Origin: a virus
IMG/VR virus record: IMGVR_UViG_3300009008_000022
Coordinates: 17,459-81,458 of that record
DNA length: 64,000 nucleotides
Reading direction: 5' to 3' (one strand)
The position numbers and the translations under genes were made by a program. This document shows positions 38,382 to 47,700 of the stretch, piece after piece; positions within the stretch are counted from its first letter, which is position 1; the number at the start of each line of letters is the position of its first letter. Below the pieces are notes generated by a model. It had not been told where the DNA came from. It saw only the letters and a list, made by a program, of their open reading frames with translations, and did no database searches.

Positions 38382-41300
38382 ATGCCTATTTGGCTAAAAC
38401 AACCGCCGCAGCCCGCGCCGATAATCCAGGCGAACAGCGCCTTGCTCACCATGCGCCAGGCAGAGCGCACGCCACCGGCCAGCCGCGGTGAGTTTGGGAA
38501 CATGAAGCAGGCCAACAGTGTGCGTGACGTGCTGGACGGGCTAGGTCTGGGGATGGATCTTGAGCGCGCCCTGGGCGAGCGCGTTGAGCAATGGCTGGCC
38601 TGTCGTACCCAGGTTGAGATCATGGAGCGCGCACGGCACGATCTGGCCGGAGCTGTGGCGGATCCCTACGTCCGGCGCGAGATCATGGGCCGCGCCATGA
38701 ACCTGTGGCTGCGCACCGTGCAACCGGCCGAGCGGGCGCCGAACCATGGGACCATGATCATCAAGGCCCAGGCTGCGCAGTTCGCACCGGACAACCGGCG
38801 GCGGTGGGGAGGTGGGAAGCCCTACGGCGGGCAACGTCCGCCCTTGAGCCGGACGGTGACAGGACAGCCGAGCGGTGGAGGGTGGGAGGAAGTAAAGAAC
38901 AGCGCCCATGGAGGTTGGCGCAGGCCGGACGGCCGCGGTGGTTACGAATATTGGTATCCAGGGCAGGGCGGCCCCGGTGGCGGCCCTGGGGGAGCTGGGG
39001 GCGAAGCCAAGCCTCACCCGAATGAGGGCCAGGGCAAGGGCGATCCAAAGCCACCTGGCGTAAGGTGGGCACCTGTGCCGCACCATGCGCCGGGAACATT
39101 CCGCCGGCCAGCCGAAGATCATTCCGCGGGCGGGCCAGCTCACGCTTCACGCATGGAGGCGCAAGGGATTGCCTCAGAGCCGCACCGCGGGGCAGCGGAG
39201 GGGGAGAGTCAAGGCAACGAAACCCAGGGCGACAAGCCCGCAGAATCAGGAAAGGACTCCGGCATCCCGCCAGAGCTGCAAGCGCAGCTCGCCCAGGCCA
39301 TTGAAGCCTACGGTATGGACGCGGTGAAAAAGGGGCTGGGGAGCGTGACAGAGGCCGCGGCGAAGGCGGCCGATGAGCAGTACCAGGCCAAGGCCGCGGA
39401 GCTGGGGAAACATGAGACAGTCCAGGCCGCGGTAAAAGAGCACTTCGGCGGCAAGCTGCGCAGCAAGCCGAGCGAGCAAGAGGTTAAACAGCTCGCAAAA
39501 AAGCTGGGCAACGATCCCGAGATCCGCAAGCTGGCTGAAACGGCCATGCAGGGCGCCGATGGTGCGGTGGTGGACGCGATAGCCCAGGCCGCGGTGGACG
39601 CAGCCCCCAAGGCCGATCCTGGCCTGGCTAAAAAGCTCCTGGTAGGCGCCAAGGTCGCAGCCAAGGCAGCTCTGCCGAGCGCGGCGTTTGGTTTCGTGGA
39701 CAACTTCATGCTGTACCTGGCAGGGGCGAGCATTGACACCATGATCGCAGCCATGGGTTTCGGCGCCGCGGTGGTGGCCGGCCTGGGCAACGCAATCAGT
39801 GATTCAGTGGGCGAAGCCGTGGCTGACAAGATGGAGCGTTTCCTCGACAAACTGCCAGGGCTGAAAGAGGACGAGAAGGATGTTCTGACCCCGGAGCAGC
39901 GTCAGAAGATCGAGAGCAAGGCTAAGGTCGCGGGCGTGTTTGTTGGCGCGATCATCGGCATGTGCCCGTTGCTGGTAGGGATCGGGTTTGGGGGAGCGCC
40001 AGCCGCCAAGTCAGAACGGCTGGTATTTGCCGGCGGCCGGTTGCTGCTCAAGAGCGAGCCGGACCCGTTGCCCGCCCTGGACGGAGCGCCCGAGCTGGTG
40101 TTTGTCATGGTGGACACCGAGCCGCGCGACGGCCTGTTTCTGGTCAAGGGAGCGGGGCACAAGTACCTCAGACGGATCCGCAACCCGAGCCCACCGCCCA
40201 ACTGGCGCTATCTGTACAAGTACCCAACCAGGAAGGGTTTGGTACACGACGATCACCTCGTTGAAGGGGCGAAATTCAAGGGCAAACACGGCGACCTGGA
40301 GGGCCACTTTGAAGTAACCGGAGTGGTCAAAAAGAAGGGCAAGCACGTTATCGCGCTGAAGCACGACGAGTCCGGCAAAACGATCTACGTTCACCGCAAG
40401 GACATTCAGGGAATGCTCACCCGCTATCACAAGGATGCGGGCACGCATAAGGAGCCGCGCAAGCGCAAGCCCAGGGCGCCCAGGGCGCCGGCTAAGAGCT
40501 TTCCCGAGCCGGACAAGAGCAAGGCAACCGAGGGCACCTACAGCGGCGAGCTGCCGAAGATCGGGCTCAGGGACACTCACGCATGGGAGGAGATGAAAGG
40601 CTTTGCTGACGATGAGCAAGCCGCGCGGGAATTGCTGGCGAGCTGGGACACGCACGGCCAGGAGTACGGCCTGATACCGCAGCCCAACGGGGTGATGATT
40701 ATGCGCCGGACAGCTCGCACCGGCAGCAAGGCGGTGAAAGAGGGCGCGTCTACCGTGGTGGCGTTCAAGGGCGACGGCAAGATAGAGCGCCAGCAAGGCG
40801 AGTACATGGTCATGGAAATGAGCGAGCTGATCCCGAGCCACAAGCCAGGGAGCTTTGCGCCGGACCCGCGCTACCCCGATGGTGTTCAGGAGCGCGTTTA
40901 CCACGACGATCCAAACGAGCGCGCGAAGGTGGAGGAGATCGCCCGCGGCCTGGATCCTTTTTTCGTGATCAACACCAATAACGACGGCGTTGGAGGGCCG
41001 CCCGTGATCACTCCAGACGGGATCGTGCTAGGCGGCAACGGTCGCACCATGGGGATCATGACGGCATACACGCACTACCCGGAGAGCGGGCAGAAGTACA
41101 AGGATCACCTGGCAAGCCAGGCCAGCGACTTTGGTTTCAGCTCGCATGACATTCAGGGCATGAGCCAGCCGGTGCTAGTGCGGCGCGTGGCGGTGGACGC
41201 GAATAACACGCAGAAGGCTCGCATGTGGGCGCGCGTGCTGAATGAGCCGTTGACGCAGGGCATGGACCCGCGCACCGAGGAAGTTGCGGTCGCGAAGAAC

Positions 41301-42332
41301 CACATGAACGAGCGCGTGATCGCCGCCCTGGTGGCCGGCATGAAAGAGGGCGAGACAATCCACGCCTTTTTGAGCGGGGCACATAGCCGTGAGTTTGTGG
41401 ACGGGTTGAAGCTGGCCGGCATCATCGACCGGTACAACGAAAGCAAGTATCGCCACGTTGACGCCACGGCCGGAGCTGACAAGCAAGGGCTGCTTAACGA
41501 GGAAGGGATCATGAGGATCCAGCGCGTGCTAATCGCCTCGCTTATCCCTGATTCTCGGCTGCTCAAGCGTATGCCGAAAAACATGATCACAGCTCTGGCC
41601 GGCAGCGTGCCGCACCTGTACCGCGCCCAGGCCGCCGGTTGGGATCTGTCCGGCGCGCTGGCCGCGGCGGCGGACGCCTGGCTTGACGCGAAACACCGGG
41701 AGTACAAGACAGCCGCCGCCTACCTCAAGGCCACCGAAATGGACTACGGCGACGGCGATAACAAGATGGCGCCGTTGATGAAAGATCAGGCCGCGGAGTT
41801 TATGTTTCGGATCCTGTTCAAACCGCAGGCCACCGCGACGGCCACAAAGATGCGCGAGCTGGCAAACCGCGCGGGAATGGCGAAGCAAGCCCGAGAGGAG
41901 CAGGACAGCGGCGGCATGTTTGCCATGCTGGGCGAAACCGCGGACGCGCCAGAGCCGGAGAAGTTGACCGACGCGCTTGATACGATCTGGGGTATCACGG
42001 CAGAGGGGCGCGGCCGGCGCCAGGCGGAAAAGGACGCGGCCAGGGCGGAACAGCTCAAGGCGTACCAGGCGCGAGCCGATGAAATGGGAATGCACGTCGA
42101 GCAGTACGAGGCTTACCAGGATTGGGCCGCGGAGGACAAGAAGTGGCAGGACCGGCAGAACAAGCGCAAGCGCAAGGCGCGCAAGCCGGACCCGAGGCCG
42201 GAGAAGCCGCCGATCATCCAAGGGCTGAGAGTGGGACACCGGGAGCACAACATGGGGCTATTCCGCGAGCACGATGCGAAGCGACGGCGCGAGCAGATGA
42301 AAGACGACAGCCGGGAGCGGGAGGCAAGTTAA
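38382..42332 (+). CDS. Giant modular protein A: GW/EYWYP module, TMEM65-like membrane domain, HKY..WRY module, DdrB-like ParB domain
   Basis: FGFVDN...AGLGNAISD..G...LTPEQ...GAIIGMCPL (39669-39980); PSH...Q.R.Y...GPPVI..DGIVLGGNGRT (about 40800-41700). Confidence 0.8.
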   Translation: MPIWLKQPPQPAPIIQANSALLTMRQAERTPPASRGEFGNMKQANSVRDVLDGLGLGMDLERALGERVEQWLACRTQVEIMERARHDLAGAVADPYVRREIMGRAMNLWLRTVQPAERAPNHGTMIIKAQAAQFAPDNRRRWGGGKPYGGQRPPLSRTVTGQPSGGGWEEVKNSAHGGWRRPDGRGGYEYWYPGQGGPGGGPGGAGGEAKPHPNEGQGKGDPKPPGVRWAPVPHHAPGTFRRPAEDHSAGGPAHASRMEAQGIASEPHRGAAEGESQGNETQGDKPAESGKDSGIPPELQAQLAQAIEAYGMDAVKKGLGSVTEAAAKAADEQYQAKAAELGKHETVQAAVKEHFGGKLRSKPSEQEVKQLAKKLGNDPEIRKLAETAMQGADGAVVDAIAQAAVDAAPKADPGLAKKLLVGAKVAAKAALPSAAFGFVDNFMLYLAGASIDTMIAAMGFGAAVVAGLGNAISDSVGEAVADKMERFLDKLPGLKEDEKDVLTPEQRQKIESKAKVAGVFVGAIIGMCPLLVGIGFGGAPAAKSERLVFAGGRLLLKSEPDPLPALDGAPELVFVMVDTEPRDGLFLVKGAGHKYLRRIRNPSPPPNWRYLYKYPTRKGLVHDDHLVEGAKFKGKHGDLEGHFEVTGVVKKKGKHVIALKHDESGKTIYVHRKDIQGMLTRYHKDAGTHKEPRKRKPRAPRAPAKSFPEPDKSKATEGTYSGELPKIGLRDTHAWEEMKGFADDEQAARELLASWDTHGQEYGLIPQPNGVMIMRRTARTGSKAVKEGASTVVAFKGDGKIERQQGEYMVMEMSELIPSHKPGSFAPDPRYPDGVQERVYHDDPNERAKVEEIARGLDPFFVINTNNDGVGGPPVITPDGIVLGGNGRTMGIMTAYTHYPESGQKYKDHLASQASDFGFSSHDIQGMSQPVLVRRVAVDANNTQKARMWARVLNEPLTQGMDPRTEEVAVAKNHMNERVIAALVAGMKEGETIHAFLSGAHSREFVDGLKLAGIIDRYNESKYRHVDATAGADKQGLLNEEGIMRIQRVLIASLIPDSRLLKRMPKNMITALAGSVPHLYRAQAAGWDLSGALAAAADAWLDAKHREYKTAAAYLKATEMDYGDGDNKMAPLMKDQAAEFMFRILFKPQATATATKMRELANRAGMAKQAREEQDSGGMFAMLGETADAPEPEKLTDALDTIWGITAEGRGRRQAEKDAARAEQLKAYQARADEMGMHVEQYEAYQDWAAEDKKWQDRQNKRKRKARKPDPRPEKPPIIQGLRVGHREHNMGLFREHDAKRRREQMKDDSREREAS

Positions 42333-44725
42333 TGGCGAAGGCAGAGAAGAAGGGCGCCGCCGCGGCCGGAGTCCGGTACGTCATGGACTGCCTGCTGGTG
42401 GAGGCCAAATTCGAGGTACAAGGGGCGGTGCACCTGTCCATGATTAAGGACCGGAGCGTGAGCGTTAAAACCTCAGAGATCGTCGCGCGCCTCAAGAAGT
42501 TCGCCCAGGCCAAGCTGGAGCTGGACCCGCGGTTTCGCGCCGGTTGGGGCAGCTCGCCAGTGACCGATGAGCAGCTACACGCAATCGTCGGGCCGTTGGT
42601 TGAAATGCGGGCCGGAAAGATCGTCAAGGGCGGTGAGCGGATCTGGTGCCAGGGAGGGCCAGCTCCGCGCCCTTTCGTTAAGGGCGAGCGGCCGTCCGGC
42701 GCAGGCTGGCAGGCCGTACCAAATACCAAATTTGGCGGGTACAGGCGCCGCGGCAAGGGCGGCAAGTGGGAGTATTGGTATCCCGAAAAGCACGCCAAGT
42801 TGGGCCATGGGTTTGAAGCTGAGCATGTGGAGCTGCGCGAAAAGCGCGACCGCGTTGCGGCCGACATAGAGCGCCGCGGCCTGGGGGTGGAGTACGAAAC
42901 GAGCCCAGGCCGGTATCTGGTTGTCATGCCGGACCCGTCGCACGCGGGCAAGGTCCGCACGCAGAGCTACGATGAGCACGGATTCTCTGGGCACCGCACC
43001 TATGACGATCTGCCAGCTCTGGCCGCGGACGTTGCCAAGTGGGAGTACAACGGGATCAAGCCAGCTCAGGCCGGCACGCTAGACAAGCTCGCCCAGGGCG
43101 AGCCATGGCGCCAGGCCGCCCTTCACCAGCAAGCGTTAAGGGAGATCGAAAGCCTGGAGAGGCAGGGGCAGGACGTGAGCGAGCTACACGCGGTCCTAGC
43201 TCGCAAAGGGTCAGAGGCGCTACTGGCGCACCTGGGCAAGTCGGAGGCGCCGCGGTTGCTCGCCCTGGGCGACCGGTTGGTCAAGGCTGGCGTTGGAGCG
43301 GAGCGGCAACAGATCATGTTTGCAGCTCGCCAGCGCAAGCAGTACCCGCCAGGTTACAAGCCGGAGCACAAGGTCAAGGGAAAGACGGTCAAGGTCCACA
43401 CTAACGGCTGGCAGGCTATCCCCAAGGGGCACAAGGGAGGCTATCGGCGCCGGACCCGCGGCGGGTGGGAGTACTGGTATCCAGACCATCACGCGCGGCC
43501 TGGGCTACACGCACCGAGCGTGGAGCCGCACGGCGGCACGTTGGCCGAAGCGGTGGAGCTGCGCGAAAAGCACGGCGTGCCGATCCATGTAAGCTGTGGC
43601 GCTGGGGTGGACAGTACCGGTTTGCTGGTAGGCATGTATCAGCAGGGGATCCGGCCGGATGCGGTTGTGTTTGCGGACGTGGGGAACGAAAACCCGCGCA
43701 CTTATATGTTCCTTCCCCACCTGGACGCATGGCTGAGATCGGTTGGCTTCCCGCCCCTAACCGTGGTGCGAAACAAGCCGACCGTTAGCGCCTCAGAAAT
43801 GGTGAGAGAGGCGCGCGGAAAGACTTACGCCACGTTGGAACAGAACGTGGTGCTGCATGAAACCCTGCCGTCAATCTCACTGGCCGGTGGCCGCGGTTGC
43901 AGCCAGAAGTGGAAACACCAGCCTCAAGAAGCCTGGGCAAACCAGCGCGAGGATTGCCAGTCGGCATGGGAGCAGGGCTTCAAGGTCACGAAGCTAATCG
44001 GCTACAGCTCTGACCCGGCGGACAAGCGCCGGCCGGATATGCCGGACGATGAGAAGTATCACTATCAGTACCCGTTGCGTGAATGGGGGTGGGATCGGGA
44101 GCGGTGCAAGAAAGAGATCGCCGCGGCCGGTATGCCCGTACCAGTCAAGAGCGCGTGCTGGTTTTGCACAGCGACCAAGCCGCACGAGCTGCGCCGCATA
44201 GTGAGCGAGTACCCCGACATCGGCCGCCGGATAATCCAGATGGAGGCCGCCGCGGAGGACAACCTACGCAAGATCCGCGGCCTGTGGGGCACACCGGTGA
44301 AGGGGGCCAGGGGCGCGCTAAAGAAGCCGGGAACAATGGCAGAGTGGATCATCGGGGAGGAGTTGCTGCCGGAGTTTAAGGGCCAGGATATTGTTGACCC
44401 GTGGTGGCGCCAATCAGGCCAGGTGACGCCCGGTAACGAGCACTTCAAGGTGGCGGACGTGATGCACCTTGTAGACGCGCCACCGCCGCCGGTGAGCCCG
44501 CTTGAGGATCTAAGCGGCCTGGCTCCGGTGGACACCGACGAGCTGCGCGAGCAGAGCAAGGCGCGAAAGCGAGGTGGTGCGGTTCAGACCAGCTTGTTTA
44601 AGAGCGCGCCCAGGGCGACGATGAGGGACGGAGATCAAAAGTTCTGGGCAGCCATGGCATTGATCCAGGCGTTTGATCAATTCGACAGCATGGGCAAGGA
44701 CGGCAAGCGGCATGGATCTGAATGA
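42332..44725 (+). CDS. Modular protein B: two GW/EYWYP modules plus a PAPS-reductase-like PP-loop domain
   Basis: SCGAGVDS, FADVG.E, CSQKWK, IGY, YPLREWGW.R..C, PVKSACWFC. Start coupled by TAATG at 42332. Confidence 0.8.
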   Translation: MAKAEKKGAAAAGVRYVMDCLLVEAKFEVQGAVHLSMIKDRSVSVKTSEIVARLKKFAQAKLELDPRFRAGWGSSPVTDEQLHAIVGPLVEMRAGKIVKGGERIWCQGGPAPRPFVKGERPSGAGWQAVPNTKFGGYRRRGKGGKWEYWYPEKHAKLGHGFEAEHVELREKRDRVAADIERRGLGVEYETSPGRYLVVMPDPSHAGKVRTQSYDEHGFSGHRTYDDLPALAADVAKWEYNGIKPAQAGTLDKLAQGEPWRQAALHQQALREIESLERQGQDVSELHAVLARKGSEALLAHLGKSEAPRLLALGDRLVKAGVGAERQQIMFAARQRKQYPPGYKPEHKVKGKTVKVHTNGWQAIPKGHKGGYRRRTRGGWEYWYPDHHARPGLHAPSVEPHGGTLAEAVELREKHGVPIHVSCGAGVDSTGLLVGMYQQGIRPDAVVFADVGNENPRTYMFLPHLDAWLRSVGFPPLTVVRNKPTVSASEMVREARGKTYATLEQNVVLHETLPSISLAGGRGCSQKWKHQPQEAWANQREDCQSAWEQGFKVTKLIGYSSDPADKRRPDMPDDEKYHYQYPLREWGWDRERCKKEIAAAGMPVPVKSACWFCTATKPHELRRIVSEYPDIGRRIIQMEAAAEDNLRKIRGLWGTPVKGARGALKKPGTMAEWIIGEELLPEFKGQDIVDPWWRQSGQVTPGNEHFKVADVMHLVDAPPPPVSPLEDLSGLAPVDTDELREQSKARKRGGAVQTSLFKSAPRATMRDGDQKFWAAMALIQAFDQFDSMGKDGKRHGSE

Positions 44726-47700
44726 CCTGTTACAGCGAGGGTTGAGAAAGGCGGAACAGCTCGATCTGTTTGGGCCGGAGCAACTAACCTCAGACAGAGG
44801 GCCACGAGACACCGTGAAGCCGGCCACGCCGCGCCGAGTTGGTAAGCCAGGCCGCGGCAAGCGCCGCAAGAGCAAGCGCGTTATACCGCCGCACCAGGGC
44901 CACATGACGCCACCTGGCAAGGGTTGGCAGGCTATCCCGCGGGGCAAGAAGGGCGGTTTCAGACGCAAGGGCAGCAACGGCAAGTGGGAGTACTGGTATC
45001 CCAACAGGGGAATCACTCCCAGCCCGCACCATAAAGACATTCCCGACAGGCCCGATCCGGCGAAGGATCCGAAGGGCGCGCTGGCATGGTGGGGGATGCG
45101 CCTTTATGAAGGCACCGTCAACGACGAGGGGTTTTGGCAGGACCACCGGAGGACAACCGGAGCCAGGCCGCGGGTTTACAGCTTGAGTTGGGATTATGGC
45201 CGAATGAGCCTGGCCCTGTTTGATGCAGTCGAGGGCATACCTCAACAGCAAAGGGCCGCCATTTTGGAGCCGACGCGGGAGCGAGCGCACTTCCCCCGCG
45301 ATCAGTTCACCGACATGGCCGAAAGCTATCGCCGGTTGGAGGAATACCAAGTCGCGGTGCGATTGAATGCCGAGCGCCGGCCGGCCGCCCCCGTCGAGGA
45401 CGTTGACGCCGCGGTGGACAGCCTGCAAGGGGTGGAGCCGGAGTCCGCCCAGGGCGCCGACGTGCCGCACCTGGAAGTTGAGGAGTACGACGGCCGCGAG
45501 GGCGATCCAAACCACCTTACGCGCAAGGAAACCGGCCGCGTAACGCCGCAAAGCCTGGCTCACTTAAAGGGGGCCAGGAAAGAGCACGGCTACATGCGCT
45601 GGCACGACGGCAGCGCCATTGGAGCGAAGGATCCAGGGGAATACTTCGGCAGATATACCAGGGAAAAGTGGGAGGCGTTTGTTGCCGACATTAAAGCGCG
45701 CGGCGTTCAGGATCCGGTTTTCATCGTTAGGAACCCAGAGCCAGGCACGCGGCACGATCCGGCTGGAACGTGGGTGTATGAGGGCAATCACCGCATAGCC
45801 GCGGCATTGGAGGCGGGGGTTAAAACGATCCCGGTAGAGATCCGCTACTTCGGCCACACTGAGCGCGACGGCCAGGCTGCGCCAGGGTGGGATCGTATGC
45901 CCGAGAGTGAGCCCGCCCAGGGCGAGCCACACGAGCCGGGGCCGGATACGTTTCACGGCAAACTTACGGCGCTACGGGCCGAGGCTGAAAGGCTGGACTT
46001 GCCCACGGCCGCCAGGCTGCTTAACCCGGAAGGCTGGCCCACGGACGATGAGAAGTTGGGCAGCGTGCTAATGGACGCCACCGCGGAGCTGGGCGGGTTG
46101 CTAGTAGGGGAGGATACGCCGGACAACCGCCGCCGCCGTGAGCTGCTAATCGAGGGGATCAAGGTCTGGACCAAGGATGGCGAGTACGAGCCGATCACGT
46201 CCCTGCATACCAGCCGCGAGGATCTTCAACGGCTGGGGTTTAGGACCATTGCCAAGTTCACTGATCTGAAAAAGCTGGGCTACCGTATCGTTCAGTGGGC
46301 GCGCGTGGTGGGCGAGGTGTACGGCGACAACAAGGACATGGCCGGTTGGGAGATCGTTCACGAGTATGACCCGATGCACCCCGACGCGGGCAGCGGCGCA
46401 GGGCTGGCCGGCAAGCGTGATCACAAGACGGGTGACGGGTTGGGCTATTGGGAGGCTCCAGCGCCCGGTGATGCGCCAGGGATGAGCCCCGAGGCGGTGC
46501 GCTACACGGCGCCGGCCGGACCCGCGACAAGCAAGGTCCATGAGCTGTTGACGGGGGAAGCTACGCGCTTGACGTTGCCAGGCGTAGACATGAAGGGCAC
46601 CAGCGTGCGCAAGCGCGGTGTTAATCCGGCCGATGCAATGGACCGCGGAAGGGCAGAGCGGGACAAGGCCAGGCGGGCGCAGACCAGCCTGGGGTTTGAC
46701 TACTCCGGCGACAGCCCGCACCACCAGGCAGAGCGCGCCAGGGAGCTTAGTATGGGGGCGGCCTGGGCGATCCTTAACCCGGATTTTGAACATACCTCGA
46801 CCGACGTTAAGCGCGTCCGGCAGCAGCTCGCAGATGATGCGGTTGAGCTGGCGAAGCTACAGGCCAGCGAGCCGGATAGCGAGGCAACGCGCGAGCTGGC
46901 TGAAATGCAGAAGCTCCGGCGGGCCGCGTTGCGCACGGTGAAGCCCAAAGGCAAGCGAGCCGCGGCGCTGACAGCTCGTGGGGAGAGTAAAAAAAAAGAT
47001 CCGGCCGCCGGGATTTATGAGCGGGTAGCCCAGGCATCGGGAAGTTCCGCAGCTTGGATGGTGCAAAGCAAGGCCCGCGAGGTTGCTCATATGCAGCCTG
47101 GCGACCACTTTATGAAGCCAGGCGGGATTTACGCGACCGCGGCCAAGATCACGTCAACCCATGTGATCGATACCCTGGGCAAAAAGCACACGCTGGCGTC
47201 CCTGTTTGGGCTGAAGCTGAAGGATAAGGATCTGGTAACGCTGGCCCTGGCGGAAGGCGCCAAAGAGCCGCCGCCCAAGCGCGGACCAAACCCGGATTGG
47301 GTAGCCGGCTGGGAGCGCATGAAGCCAGGCGACAGCTTCACCTTGCCAGCCGATCCGCGAGGGCTGAGCTACCACGGGCCAGTGTTGGCCGGAGCGCGCG
47401 AGTACAAGGTTACAAGGCGGGTGGGAGATCGGACCTTTGAGGTGGAATTTCAGCACCCGGAAGGGCCAATAACCGAGGCCGAAGCCAGGGCGGCGCATGT
47501 AGACCACAAGGGGCGCCCGCGCGGGAACAGCGGCCTGGCCTACCATGGGCAGAAGTTCCGAGCTGAGATCAGCCGTTACCATGATGGATCGTGGGGCGTT
47601 GATCTCCTCGACCCTAACCCCACGTCTTACATTTCAGCTCACCCGGACGGCGGTGGAGCGGCGCCCACTGAGCAGAACAATGGAGGGCACGAGGGGATCG

